From Candidatus Poribacteria bacterium (GTDB lineage: Bacteria; Poribacteria; WGA-4E; WGA-3G): 64,000 nt of DNA. The position numbers and the translations under genes were made by a program. Below the pieces are notes generated by a model. It ran no database searches and had not been told where the DNA came from. It saw only the letters and a program-made list of their open reading frames with translations. Positions 1 to 10,487 of this stretch are shown here, in pieces. Within the stretch, counting starts at the first letter, position 1; each line of letters starts with the position of its first letter. The stretch spans positions 4,992,001 through 5,056,000 of the forward strand of contig OZ251518.1 of the NCBI GenBank assembly GCA_965242965.1, in the 5' to 3' direction.

Positions 1-2179
1 ATTGCACAGAAAATCGTTGAATCTGCCGTCCTTGTAATAGGCGATGTCTGTGCCCATTGTCTTCCTTAAAGAAGAGTTTTCTCCTCACGTTGCCGGAATG
101 AATGCCAGTGTCCAAAACGCGACAAAACTTCTCCATTTTTTCAAACGAAAGGAGCCGCGTCATCAACCCGTCCTCTTTTGCTAATAGGAACTTCCTGTCA
201 GGCATTTGATGAATTGTCGCGTATGCGACTTCGTCGTTTTGCCGATAGTGGAAATCAGGGAAGTCAATTTCACCGCTCATATAGGCGTGCGAAGCGGCGG
301 CTTTCTGTTTGGATAGGATAAAAATCGCCGTATAAACAGCTGCACCGAACGTTTCGGCGGGTGCCTTGACAAGATGAAGGAGTTGGTTCTCCAAAAATAG
401 GGCTCTGATTCGCCGTTTTGTGGAAAACGCGACATAACTATCGTTAGCAATATATGCGAGAATCCCGTTTTCCGCGACGCGCTTGAACCCGGCAAAGATA
501 AAGTAGTCGCATAAATCGCCTGCCCACCCGTAGTGCTGTTTCAGTTGTGCGCGCAGCGTAGGACCCAGATGCTCACCTTTCGCATACGGCGGGTTGCCGA
601 TAACGATGTCAAACTTGGGGAGCGTTGTCATGCCGAGAAGTGTGTCCGCGCAGAAAAATTTTGAATCCAAATCAGGCAAGGCATCCCCCTCATCGGCGAT
701 GAGAGAGAGAGAAAGCCGAAACTTGGCAATCTCTATCGCCATGGGTTGGATGTCAACGCCGTAGATGCAATTTTTGATGAGATAGAATTTTCGGTTGTAG
801 TCGGGAGTATTTTTCTCAAACGCTTCTTCAGGTTCCGCTTGCAACTGCCCCCACTGCGTATTGTGAAAATCGAGTTTGCGGAGGAGGAAGACGAGTTTAT
901 GCAAAATACCCATCAGGAAAGCACCGGTGCCGCAGGCTGGCTCAAGAATTTTGAGCGAGGCGATTCTCTGAACCAACAGTGTTGCTTCCGTTTCGGTGAA
1001 CTGATGCTGTTCATCGTTGTCTGCAAACAGGTGGCGGAGTTTAGTCTCTACGTCAGGCTCTTCTCTCAACGTTTCCTTGAGACAGGCGATGAGCGATGCC
1101 TCTACCATGAAATTGACAATCTCGCGAGGTGTATAGAACGCCCCGGTCTGCTTGCGCGCAGTTGTCGGGGTTTCACTCTTATCAACGGCGAGTAAGTTTT
1201 CAAAAACTTTACCGAGCACCTCCGCATCAAGCGCGACTTCCTCTTCAATCAGCGTATTCTCTGCAATTGTGAATTTGTAGCGGTTGAGGATTTTGTCGAG
1301 TTCTTTTTGCGCCTGGTAGACACAGGACTCACTTTCAATGTGAAGGCGAAGTCTGTCTAACCCCTTTTCATCACAACGTGCCCCTTTTTCCTTCAGAAAT
1401 CGGGCTATAATCAGCCAGACGATGTGCGCTGCATCAGCCGGAAACCGCACCTGTTCCACCGCCCAGAAATACCAATCGGCAATCTCATTGTAGAAGCGTT
1501 TGTTGAGGATGGAGATATCCAGCGTTTTTTGCCACGCCTGATGCAACTCCAAGAAATTGCTGAACTTGTGTTCGCTATGGAGGGGAGCAACGGATAACTC
1601 CGCCAAGATTTCAACGTGTGCCCGATGCGGGGAAACAACATCAATATCCTTGATGAGACTCACCTTCTCAAGGACATAGCGTTCCCTCTCGCGCCGATTC
1701 GGTCTTCGGTGAATAATCGCGAAGGTAAGGGAGTGCCCGTGCTGAAAAATGAGCAGTGCTGGCATGGCGAACACTTTGTTAATTTCGCGCGTGATGTTCG
1801 CCAGCGCGGCGCGGCTATAATCCTTCCCACGCAACTTCACGGCGAGGAAAAGATAAGACTGATAGATGCTCGCGTCAAAGAGCTCCTCGGTACCGAAGTT
1901 GGTATCCTGTCCTATTCCTTTGATGATTTCGTCATCGGTAATCTGGAAAAGGAAATCGACGGTGTTCCATTCATGGAGTAGTGCTTTTTCAGGGTTCAGC
2001 TGCCCGTAGTTATTGAACATCTCCATAAACCGCTCGGCGGTATTCGGTTCAATTTTGAGGGTTCTGCCGCTTCTATACCCCAATACACGGAGAAGAGCTT
2101 GAGTGTTTTCTGCGAGGTTACCGGCAGTGAAACGGCTGAGCGCGCACCGAATATCGTGTTGATGCTGTGTATCGTTCAT
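1..2179 (-). CDS. Type IIG-like (Eco57I/TaqI-type) N6-adenine DNA methyltransferase / R-M protein, 3' end outside window
   Basis: Not in the ORF track because it runs off the edge. Segments translated by hand are in frame with an ATG at 2179 (RBS GAGGAG): ALDAEVLGKVFENLL, KQTGAFYTPREIV, motif I ILEPACGTGAFL, YGVDIQPMAIEIAKFRL, motif IV FDIVIGNPPY (~613-584). Confidence 0.9.
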   Translation of the reverse strand, partial: MNDTQHQHDIRCALSRFTAGNLAENTQALLRVLGYRSGRTLKIEPNTAERFMEMFNNYGQLNPEKALLHEWNTVDFLFQITDDEIIKGIGQDTNFGTEELFDASIYQSYLFLAVKLRGKDYSRAALANITREINKVFAMPALLIFQHGHSLTFAIIHRRPNRRERERYVLEKVSLIKDIDVVSPHRAHVEILAELSVAPLHSEHKFSNFLELHQAWQKTLDISILNKRFYNEIADWYFWAVEQVRFPADAAHIVWLIIARFLKEKGARCDEKGLDRLRLHIESESCVYQAQKELDKILNRYKFTIAENTLIEEEVALDAEVLGKVFENLLAVDKSETPTTARKQTGAFYTPREIVNFMVEASLIACLKETLREEPDVETKLRHLFADNDEQHQFTETEATLLVQRIASLKILEPACGTGAFLMGILHKLVFLLRKLDFHNTQWGQLQAEPEEAFEKNTPDYNRKFYLIKNCIYGVDIQPMAIEIAKFRLSLSLIADEGDALPDLDSKFFCADTLLGMTTLPKFDIVIGNPPYAKGEHLGPTLRAQLKQHYGWAGDLCDYFIFAGFKRVAENGILAYIANDSYVAFSTKRRIRALFLENQLLHLVKAPAETFGAAVYTAIFILSKQKAAASHAYMSGEIDFPDFHYRQNDEVAYATIHQMPDRKFLLAKEDGLMTRLLSFEKMEKFCRVLDTGIHSGNVRRKLFFKEDNGHRHRLLQGRQIQRFSVQ

Positions 2180-2181
2180 AT

Positions 2182-2457
2182 TCACTCCTCCTGGGTTTCT
2201 GTTGGGTGCTCATCAGCAGTTTGACTCAAGCGCGAGTGATGCATTGCCCAATAGATGCCTGCCGTTATCACGCCGCCAACGAGGGTGGCCAGGAACCACA
2301 TCTCGGGTCCCACAAAAATCGTGGAACGTCCGGCGGCGAATTTGTCTGCATCCTTATAGACTACCCATGCAAAGATGATATGCACGATAATCTTCAAAAC
2401 TCCAAGAACAATGCTCGGCAGCATAAAAATAGTCACGTTGACAAAACTCAAGTCCAT
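2182..2457 (-). CDS. Small two-TM hypothetical membrane protein
   Basis: RBS GGAGG before the ATG at 2457, two hydrophobic segments, stop 2 nt from the R-M start. Confidence 0.7.
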   Translation of the reverse strand: MDLSFVNVTIFMLPSIVLGVLKIIVHIIFAWVVYKDADKFAAGRSTIFVGPEMWFLATLVGGVITAGIYWAMHHSRLSQTADEHPTETQEE

Positions 2458-2497
2458 TTTGCTCCTCCGTCTTGTATCAGCGCGCCTACCCGATTTT

Positions 2498-3538
2498 TCA
2501 AACGACAACACCAATCTGCTCTCGCCACGTATCTAGGAGTTGCATGTTACCGAGTGTGTCATCCCACGACATCGCCGGTGCCTGCCTCGCCGCGATATGG
2601 TTCGCCACCATCTCCGCTTCGTAGGTAAAGAGATCTTTGTCAACAGGGACAAATCTTTCGTAAGCGGTTCCTGTCGGGTGGATATCGACGTAGAAACTGG
2701 CGGTTGGGAATTCCGTATCGGGCGGCAACGGTTGTTTCGCTTGGCGGCAAGCGGATGAAGGTAGCCACGGTTGCGGAATCGTTATCGTGCCTTCCGAACC
2801 ATAGAGCGTCACAGTACTGCCGACGCGGCATTCTACCGCACAAAATATCTCACCGATGATGCCGTTATCAAACTTCAGCGTCGCCGATGCGATGCCATCT
2901 ACACTCGTGGTTGTCAATTTCCCGTTCGCTTTCACCGAAACCGGGTTCAGAAACTGTCTATTATCAGCAGCACCCGCCATTTTCCGCACCATGGAGGCGG
3001 TGTAACATCCCAGGTCGAGAATACCGCCGCCGCCCATCTTACGGTTGAAAATTCGGCTGTCGGGATTGAAATTCACCCGGTGACTGAACGTCGCGCGAAC
3101 GACGAGGAGTTCGCCGATTTCCCCCTCCTGTATCATCTGCACCACCGTTTCGATTTGCGGGTGGCACCGATACATAAACGCCTCCATCAGAAACACATCG
3201 TTCGCGCGTGCGGCTTCTACCATCGCAGATGCCTCCGCGTGGTTCATGCTGATAGGTTTTTCTACCAAGATGTGCTTTTTCGCTTCTGCCGCCTTGATTG
3301 CCCACTCGGCGTGAAGCGGATGAATCGTTGAGATATAGACGACATCGACATCCTCGTCCGCCAAGAGTGCCTCGTAACTGTCGTATTGCCGGGGGATATT
3401 GAAATCGCTGGCAAGTTTTTCTCTGCGTGCCGGCGTGCGGCTGGCGACAGCGAAAATCTGTCCCGTGTCCGTAAAACGCATGCCGTTGCAGAACACGTAG
3501 GCGATGCCGCCTGCACCTATGATTCCCCAGTTTAACAT
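2498..3538 (-). CDS. Gfo/Idh/MocA family oxidoreductase
   Basis: GIIGAGGIA Rossmann motif, HILVEKP, MEAFMYRCHP, GGGILDLGCY. Confidence 0.95.
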   Translation of the reverse strand: MLNWGIIGAGGIAYVFCNGMRFTDTGQIFAVASRTPARREKLASDFNIPRQYDSYEALLADEDVDVVYISTIHPLHAEWAIKAAEAKKHILVEKPISMNHAEASAMVEAARANDVFLMEAFMYRCHPQIETVVQMIQEGEIGELLVVRATFSHRVNFNPDSRIFNRKMGGGGILDLGCYTASMVRKMAGAADNRQFLNPVSVKANGKLTTTSVDGIASATLKFDNGIIGEIFCAVECRVGSTVTLYGSEGTITIPQPWLPSSACRQAKQPLPPDTEFPTASFYVDIHPTGTAYERFVPVDKDLFTYEAEMVANHIAARQAPAMSWDDTLGNMQLLDTWREQIGVVV

Positions 3539-3579
3539 GGGTTGTTTCCTCCTTTGTGGTTTTTTAGGGTGATTGTGTT

Positions 3580-3704
3580 GGCGAGGGACAGGCCCTCGCC
3601 CTACGTTAAGAGGGGTCGTTCTGGATACCGTAGTGCGGGGGCCTGTCCCCCGCGATCTCTGGTGATATCCAACATTGGGGAGGGACAGGCCCTCGCCCTA
3701 CGGT
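3580..3704. repeat. REP-like GTAG hairpin cluster
   Basis: Two copies of GAGGGACAGGCCCTCGCCCTAC and one of GTAGTGCGGGGGCCTGTCCCCCGC. Confidence 0.9.
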
Positions 3705-3721
3705 ATCGTTGCGCAGCGGTA

Positions 3722-4918
3722 TCATCGCGATGCTGCCGCTGCGCGCTGACTTGCAAGCGGATGCATGATACCCGCACCGGCGGGCCAACCCCCCGGTTCC
3801 GCCTTAATCCATTCGCATAACTTTTGTGCGTATGGAGTTAAAGTCTCCCAAATCTCGTGCGGCATCACTTTGCTAAAGCCGTGTGGTGTGCGCCACGGGG
3901 CGGCATACTCAACGTTCGGCAATGCCCGGATCTCCCTTGACAAATTCGGGGTTGCACCGTGCCATGCGCGGTTATCTCGGAATACGCCGGAGCCCGCGGT
4001 TGCACCGACGAGCGTGGAATGCCGCATCCAGTCAGGCTCATCACCGGGCGGCGGCGGAGCCTGTTGCAACGTATGCGTCCCCGGAATCTGCCGAATCGGC
4101 CCGTTTTCCCACGTCAGATCGCACATAACAAAATTGATAGTCACCGTCGGCGGTGTCATCTCCATAATCAACTTTTGTGTCGGCACGTCAAGATTTCCCT
4201 CGCTGTCCCTTTCTAACTTTACACCGACGCGTTCTGCCTGAGCAATCCGCGATTCCGTGAGATGCTGCGGGTCGCGGCCATCAGGATGCAGGTGTTGATA
4301 CTCAATAGCACCGGGAAGACAGAGGTCTCCGCCGGAACCCCAAACGTGATAATCAGCCGAGCCAAAGATTTCAGTGACGATAGGGGTTGTCGTCGGCAGA
4401 TCAATCATGCTTGCCCAAGCCGAGTCGTGTAGCATCTGCCGTGATGCAGAGGAGGTGCCGTAACTATAACGGTGCGGCAAGCGTCCCGTCTCGGTGACAT
4501 ATTTTCGGTTGCCGCGTCCCGGAATCGAGAGAATATCCCGGAGCACGCGGGCGCATCCTTCGCGCCACTGTGCGAGTTGCGCCGAATTCAGCAGATCTCG
4601 CACGACAACGAACCCATCCCGATGGAAGATGCGCGCGGCGCGCTTGACTTCGTGCGGCTCACAGATTTCAAGCCCACGGATGCCGTTGTGCTCCTGCAAA
4701 TGCGCGCGGAGTGCCTGAACACCCGGGTCATCGTAAACCCGATGGCTCGGCGAACTCGGGTCTGCCACGCCGAACCCGCGGTGACTCGGAAAGACGTTGC
4801 CCTCTGCATCTACCGTCTCATTCGGCGGCGTATTCTCGTCCCATCCGACAAGCGTTTCGCCGAAAACCTGCATGCTTTCCAGTTCAGCGAGAATCTCTTT
4901 TCGATTGATGTCCTTCAT
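3722..4918 (-). CDS. Phytanoyl-CoA dioxygenase (PhyH) family Fe(II)/2-OG dioxygenase
   Basis: FHRDGFVVVRDLL, HxD motif HLHPD, ENGPIRQIPGTH, distal His RAWHG. Confidence 0.9.
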   Translation of the reverse strand: MKDINRKEILAELESMQVFGETLVGWDENTPPNETVDAEGNVFPSHRGFGVADPSSPSHRVYDDPGVQALRAHLQEHNGIRGLEICEPHEVKRAARIFHRDGFVVVRDLLNSAQLAQWREGCARVLRDILSIPGRGNRKYVTETGRLPHRYSYGTSSASRQMLHDSAWASMIDLPTTTPIVTEIFGSADYHVWGSGGDLCLPGAIEYQHLHPDGRDPQHLTESRIAQAERVGVKLERDSEGNLDVPTQKLIMEMTPPTVTINFVMCDLTWENGPIRQIPGTHTLQQAPPPPGDEPDWMRHSTLVGATAGSGVFRDNRAWHGATPNLSREIRALPNVEYAAPWRTPHGFSKVMPHEIWETLTPYAQKLCEWIKAEPGGWPAGAGIMHPLASQRAAAASR

Positions 4919-4998
4919 AACGCGTCCCTCCTTAGGCGAGAAAAATCATTTGATGGCAATTTCTAGCGCGCCCTCCCGGTCTTGATGCAAGCGATGTT

Positions 4999-5425
4999 CC
5001 CGTAGGCGAGACCTCCTGGTCTCGATGCTTCCAGACTGTAGTTCGGGATCGCCCGATCCCGAACGGATCAGGATCAGGCGATCCTGATCTACAGGGGGAA
5101 TGCAGTCTGACAGCAAGACGCTTGGCGAGGGAAACCCGCTCGCCTGCGCGTGTGAAAACCTGCGAGGGACAGGCCCTCGCCCTACGGGGAAGGGGGCCGT
5201 TTTTTCGGCTAAGAACCCTCCCAGTACCGTAGCGCGGGGGCCTGTCCCCCGCGAATGTCCGATAGACCGAAGCACGGCGAGGGACAGGCCCTCGCCCTAC
5301 GAGGAAGGGGGGCCGTTTTTCGACCAAGAACCCCTCCTGTTGCCGTAGCGCGGGGGCCCTCGGATGCCACACGCGCATCCGAGCGGGTTTCCCCCGCGAC
5401 GTTGAGCCACTTATGAAACACCCTC
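4999..5425. repeat. Mixed REP-like hairpin array ending in a TIR-like end (TATGAAACACCCTC)
   Basis: At least four hairpin types, each starting GTAG. The right end matches the TIR of the elements at 24041 and 55017. Confidence 0.9.
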
Positions 5426-5470
5426 ACTTAATTCTAACAGCTCCCTCTTTTTTTTGCAACAATTTTTCCC

Positions 5471-5499
5471 TTGAAAAATTAATCACAATCTGTTATCAT
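5471..5499 (+). promoter_or_regulatory. Putative sigma70 promoter of sbcDC
   Basis: TTGAAA-17 nt-TATCAT with an extended TG. Confidence 0.5.
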
Positions 5500-5549
5500 A
5501 AACACTTTAGAGGGTAAGCGAATCAGGAATCCACCTCCTCTGCATCTTT

Positions 5550-5579
5550 TGTAACTTTTTCGTCCATACCGGCGTTTAA
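5550..5579 (+). promoter_or_regulatory. Putative ECF-sigma promoter upstream of sbcD
   Basis: TGTAAC-17 nt-CGTTTAA resembles the AAC...CGT ECF consensus. Confidence 0.4.
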
Positions 5580-5668
5580 AAAGACAGACGAGGCGAACCT
5601 CTTTGCGCGATGCAAGAGGATTTGCCTAACAACATCCGAATTGAAAACCACGAGGGTCCTGACAAAAT

Positions 5669-6847
5669 ATGCGCATATTACACACCGCCGATTGGCACAT
5701 CGGGCAGCGGCTCTATGAACGGCGGCGGATCGACGAACACAAACAATTTTTAGAGTGGCTTCTCAAAACGATTAAATGCGAGAAGGTGGAACTTCTGCTC
5801 GTTTCGGGAGACATCTTTGACACGTCGCTTCCTTCTGGGGGTGCCGTGAGGCTCTATTACGAGTTTCTCCACCGGTTTTCCGAAGAGACGGAGGCGTATG
5901 CGGTAATTACCGCGGGCAACCACGATTCGCCGCTACACCTGGCTGCTCCGAAAGAGCTTCTCAAGAGATTGAGAATTTGCGTCGTTGGGCACACCGCTAA
6001 TGCAGATGAGTGCATCTTCAAATTTCCCTCACTGGACAACCCGCGCGTTGCTGTCGCAGCCGTGCCGTATCTTTCCGCAAACGAGTTGTCGCGCATCTCG
6101 TTTGAAACCGAAGTGAAGAAAGCCAGCTATCGCGAGCAACTGAAAAAGTTCTATCAGCAGTGCGTTGACGCGATGCCGGCGGAACTCCCGAAGATTTTGA
6201 TGGGACACCTCTTCGTCCAAGGAGGTGAAGAGATTGGTTCGGAACGCCACATCCAGATCGGCGGAGCCACCGCTATCCATGTCACCGATTTTCCTAAAGG
6301 CGTGGATTACGTTGCCTTAGGGCATTTGCATCGGCCGCAGGAGATTAGCGGTGCGAGTTATCCTGTCCGCTATTCCGGCTCGCCGCTGCCGTTGCGATTT
6401 GACGAAGCCACTTATCGCAAGAAGGTCTGTTTGTTAGAGGTTTCCGGTGACGGTAATTCTCCTTCCGTGGAAGAGATTGAGATTCCTGTCTTCAGGGAGC
6501 TCTGCACCGTGAAGGGAGATCTCAACACGGTTTTGAAACGGGCTCGGGAAGAGGATTGGGAGGGAAAGTTTATCCGGGTCGAACTGACATTTGATACGCA
6601 CGAAATCGCCACCAGATACATGATTCAAGACGAGTTTCAACAACGCGGAGGCCATGTGCTGGATGTGTTGCGGGTTGAACGGGAATCCAATGGCAATGGG
6701 TCAAAAAACGGAGATCTGCCTTCTTTAGAGGAGCCCCTTGCGATCTTTAAGCAGTTCTATATGGAAAAATTTAGCACAGAACCTGATGATCGGCTCATAC
6801 AGACGTTCGTTGAACTATGGGAGTCGGTGAAGAATAATCAGTCCTAA
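5669..6847 (+). CDS. sbcD: Exonuclease SbcCD subunit D
   Basis: HTADWHIG, SGDIFD, AGNHDS, YVALGHLH, RYSGSP metallophosphoesterase motifs; directly upstream of sbcC. Confidence 0.97.
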   Translation: MRILHTADWHIGQRLYERRRIDEHKQFLEWLLKTIKCEKVELLLVSGDIFDTSLPSGGAVRLYYEFLHRFSEETEAYAVITAGNHDSPLHLAAPKELLKRLRICVVGHTANADECIFKFPSLDNPRVAVAAVPYLSANELSRISFETEVKKASYREQLKKFYQQCVDAMPAELPKILMGHLFVQGGEEIGSERHIQIGGATAIHVTDFPKGVDYVALGHLHRPQEISGASYPVRYSGSPLPLRFDEATYRKKVCLLEVSGDGNSPSVEEIEIPVFRELCTVKGDLNTVLKRAREEDWEGKFIRVELTFDTHEIATRYMIQDEFQQRGGHVLDVLRVERESNGNGSKNGDLPSLEEPLAIFKQFYMEKFSTEPDDRLIQTFVELWESVKNNQS

Positions 6848-6894
6848 GGACGGATCACCGTATACGTCTATGCGATTTCATACGGAGACATCTG

Positions 6895-9800
6895 ATGAAG
6901 TTATACGAATTGAAACTGAAGAACCTCAACAGTTTCCGCGAAGAGATTACACTTGATTTTGAAAACGGGTCGTTGGCAGGAACTTCACTCGTAGCGATTA
7001 CGGGGCCAACGGGATCCGGGAAGACGACGCTGTTCGATGCAATCTGCGTCGCGCTCTACGGCAAAACGCCGCGCTTATCAGGGGATGGCGAGGCAAAGGC
7101 CCTCCTCAGTCTAGGGGAAACCGAAGGGTCTGCCGAGGTGATTTTTGAGACAAACGGTATCCGGTACCGCGCCAAGTGGTCCGTAAAACAGGGTGACTCA
7201 CCAAGTGGGTGGTTAACCAACGTTGATACCGGCGCGGTAATCACCGAAAGGTTATCCCGTCGTGGTAAACGCGTCGGTGCTAGCGAGAATACGGTGAGCG
7301 AAGAGATCGAGTCTGTCTTGGGGCTTGATTTTGATGCGTTCAGGCGTTCGGTTATGCTGGCGCAAGGAGATTTTACAGCGTTTTTGAAGGCCGGAAATAA
7401 AAAGCGGCTGGAGATTTTGGAGACAGTCGCAGATACCGGTATTTACAACGACTTAGCAGAAGCGTTAAGGGAAAGGGTGCAGGCCGTTAACGCTGTCTAC
7501 GATGAGGCTCAGAGGCAACTCCCTAACGTTCCCATGCCCTCTGATGAGGAAATCGCGGCGGCAGTATTGACGTTGTCTCAGTTGCAGGAACAGGCGAAAT
7601 TACGCGCTGATGAAAGGATGCAGTGGATACTCATAAAAGAGGCAGCAACCGGGCGGAGAACTGCGTTTGCAAATCTCCGATGTTCAGCAACTGACGTGAG
7701 CAAAGCCGAGACTGCGCTTAACGAGGCGCAAAAGCATTGCGATGAACGGCACTCCTGTTTTGTTAGCATTGACGAGGACTACCAGAAAGCCGTAATTGAA
7801 CATCAGGAAAAAAGGGATGCGCACATCTCGGCGATATCTGATGTGCAACAGGCGCAATCTCGGTTTGCGCTGGCGGATAACCTCATTCCTGGTCTGCAAG
7901 AATTGGATGAACAAATTCAGGGCTTGTCCAACCAGTTAACTGAAGATGAGTCTTGCCAACAGAAATTGGAGGGACAGATTCAAGCCGCAGTGAAGTTCAT
8001 TGCTGAAAATCCGCTTCCGGCAGACCGGCAACCTAGGTTTACGAGGGTAAACGGGCTCTTGGTGGAGCACAATGGCCAACAGCGTCGATTGGAAGATCTA
8101 TTGACGAGTCAGCGGGAATACGCATCCACAGTATCATCGTTGAAGGATGAAGTGGCGGAGTTATCCCAGGAACGCGAAAAACTCGTTGCGGAAAAGGCAG
8201 CAGCGGATGCCGCACTTGTCGACGCACGCAAAGCCTTAAAGACGCTGGAAGAGAAGGGTAACCTTGAAGAATGGCAAACCCGGAAAATCATCGCGCAGCA
8301 GGCGTTTCCAATCGCGCAAGATTACGAAACTGCTCATCGTCAATTAGCCGAGACAGAGGGCGAGGCGGCGAAATTAAAGGAACGCCTCACCGCGCTTGAT
8401 GCATCCCTTAAGGAAGTTGAGGGACAATTAGAGGTTCAGACGCAGCAATGCAAACACGCCGATGCGAAAGTCAGCCAATTGGAGGCAGAACAAGCATTGG
8501 CGGTTTTAGCAGCCCCTGTGAATCAGTTAAAGCACGAACTTGAGCCGGGCGAACCGTGTCGCGTATGTGGTGCGACAGAACATCCGCATGCCGATACCCT
8601 AGAACCTGCAGGCGAGGCACTGTTGAAAGCCGCCGAAGACGCATTGACTGCCGCGAGAGCCGACGCGCACTCTAAACGAGAGCAGCTGCACAGTTTGCAA
8701 ACGGACAAGGCTGCGGATGAGAAGGCGAAAAAGATTCTTACTGCACAACTTGGGGCATCCCTAGCGGAAGTAGAGAAACTGACGCGTGATGAGGAAATTC
8801 TTTCTGGGCAGTGGCAGGAGATTTATCCCGATATTGAGATTTCTTCTCAGGGGGCATCGCAACAAGTTCGTGACGCGGACGAGGCCATAGACGCTCTCCA
8901 AAAAGCCGAGACATTGCTTACGCAGGCAACGAACGATTGCAAAACTGCGTCGATCCAACTTGCTAGTTATGAAGAGCGGGTGAGAAGTAAACAGACGCAG
9001 TTGACAGACGCTGAACAGCAGTTGCAAGAGGCAAACGAAGCAATTGAAAATCAGAAGGTGGCCATCAAGGCCACTGAAACCCGTTTTTGGGAAACGATGT
9101 CGGATGCCTTCCACGATCTCACACTTGAGGAAGCTGTCTCTCAATTTGAGAAACGGATAGAGGAAGTTGAAAAGCGCGAGGATGAACTCCAGACGAAACG
9201 GAATCAGTTGATACCGCTGGCCTCGGATATCAGAGCAAACCGAGATAGTCTTGAAGGCGCGAAGGAACAGAGGAAATCGATCCACGCCAGCATTGAAGGC
9301 TACCAACGCGAAGGCAAGGACTTTTTGGCTGCCGCTAGTGAGAAAACTGGCGGATTGACAACCGAAAAGGAGATTGATGCCGCTATTGAAAGTTTGGACG
9401 CGGAACTCCAGGAATTGGGAAGTCAGCGTGCTAAAGCCGAGCAACTACTGCAGCGTAGCAAAACATTGCTCACACAGGCACAAACCATCTACGATCAGAG
9501 CGTTTCCTGCCTCAAGGAACATGCGGTGAACCTTGAAACTGCGCACGAGACTTATCTAAAGAAGTCACGCGATGCCGGGTTTGACGCGCCTGGATCCCAC
9601 GATAACGCGTTCCGTACGTGGATGCAAGAGGTAAGGGACGCGATCGATGCCTATACCCAGGAAACGCGCGCACTTGAGGTAGATATCGCCAATCTGCCTC
9701 AAATTGAGGAAACCCCGTTTGATTCATTGGAATCGAAACGGATTGCCGCGGAATTGGCAAAAATTGACGATGAAGCCCGGGAGGTGGAGCGAAACATCGG

Positions 9801-10404
9801 TGCGCAAGAACCGAGAATTGCGGCACTGAAAAAGGCACGTTCCGCGCACAAGGCACATGAGGATGAAATCCAGAAAGCCAAACGCGAAATGGAACGATGG
9901 AGCAGCTTGCAAAATGTCTTCCTCCACAATTCTAAGCGCGCCAGTACTAATGATTTGCGGAGTTTTGCTGCGGAAATTATGTTGCAGCAGGTAAGTCAGC
10001 TTGCCAATGCACAATTGAAATCCCTGACATCCGGTCGGTATCAACTCAAGGTCGAAAACATCGGCAAACTCTCGGTTATCGATCGGTGGAACGCGAACGA
10101 GGAACGTCCTGTTGAAACGCTCTCCGGCGGCGAATCCTTCCTCACTAGCCTTGCGTTGGCACTCGCGTTATCGGAGCTCAGCCGCGGCCGCGCGGAAATC
10201 GGAGCACTCTTTCTCGACGAAGGCTTCGGCACATTGGATGCCGAAACGCTGGATGTTGCCATCTCCGCATTGGAAGGACTACGCCTGCAGGGACGTAGCA
10301 TCTTCCTCATCAGCCATATTCAGGAACTGACGCGGCGGTTGCCTGTCAAAATCAACGTTCGGAAACGGGGGAACGGGAGTTCAACGGTTCGCGTTCAAGG
10401 TTAA
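6895..10404 (+). CDS. sbcC: Exonuclease SbcCD subunit C (SMC/Rad50-like ATPase)
   Basis: Walker A GPTGSGKT, LAQGDF, coiled coils, Zn-hook CRVCGATEHP, LSGGE, LFLDEGFG, ISH. Confidence 0.97.
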   Translation: MKLYELKLKNLNSFREEITLDFENGSLAGTSLVAITGPTGSGKTTLFDAICVALYGKTPRLSGDGEAKALLSLGETEGSAEVIFETNGIRYRAKWSVKQGDSPSGWLTNVDTGAVITERLSRRGKRVGASENTVSEEIESVLGLDFDAFRRSVMLAQGDFTAFLKAGNKKRLEILETVADTGIYNDLAEALRERVQAVNAVYDEAQRQLPNVPMPSDEEIAAAVLTLSQLQEQAKLRADERMQWILIKEAATGRRTAFANLRCSATDVSKAETALNEAQKHCDERHSCFVSIDEDYQKAVIEHQEKRDAHISAISDVQQAQSRFALADNLIPGLQELDEQIQGLSNQLTEDESCQQKLEGQIQAAVKFIAENPLPADRQPRFTRVNGLLVEHNGQQRRLEDLLTSQREYASTVSSLKDEVAELSQEREKLVAEKAAADAALVDARKALKTLEEKGNLEEWQTRKIIAQQAFPIAQDYETAHRQLAETEGEAAKLKERLTALDASLKEVEGQLEVQTQQCKHADAKVSQLEAEQALAVLAAPVNQLKHELEPGEPCRVCGATEHPHADTLEPAGEALLKAAEDALTAARADAHSKREQLHSLQTDKAADEKAKKILTAQLGASLAEVEKLTRDEEILSGQWQEIYPDIEISSQGASQQVRDADEAIDALQKAETLLTQATNDCKTASIQLASYEERVRSKQTQLTDAEQQLQEANEAIENQKVAIKATETRFWETMSDAFHDLTLEEAVSQFEKRIEEVEKREDELQTKRNQLIPLASDIRANRDSLEGAKEQRKSIHASIEGYQREGKDFLAAASEKTGGLTTEKEIDAAIESLDAELQELGSQRAKAEQLLQRSKTLLTQAQTIYDQSVSCLKEHAVNLETAHETYLKKSRDAGFDAPGSHDNAFRTWMQEVRDAIDAYTQETRALEVDIANLPQIEETPFDSLESKRIAAELAKIDDEAREVERNIGAQEPRIAALKKARSAHKAHEDEIQKAKREMERWSSLQNVFLHNSKRASTNDLRSFAAEIMLQQVSQLANAQLKSLTSGRYQLKVENIGKLSVIDRWNANEERPVETLSGGESFLTSLALALALSELSRGRAEIGALFLDEGFGTLDAETLDVAISALEGLRLQGRSIFLISHIQELTRRLPVKINVRKRGNGSSTVRVQG

Positions 10405-10487
10405 CTGAGGAATGGGCGGCTATAGAATCCGCCCCTTACACAATATAAAAGGCGCGCTTGCAAAGCGCGCCTAAATGGAGGATTTAC

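Noticed and set aside
746-1981. Plus-strand ORFs 746-1195 and 1616-1981
   Set aside because: They are antisense shadows of the minus-strand methyltransferase gene.
4932-5427. ORFs with recurring RGTGPRAT / VARGPVPR peptides (also ~11300, 13555, 19400, 59568, 63300)
   Set aside because: They are translations of GC-rich palindromic repeats, open in several frames, with no RBS.
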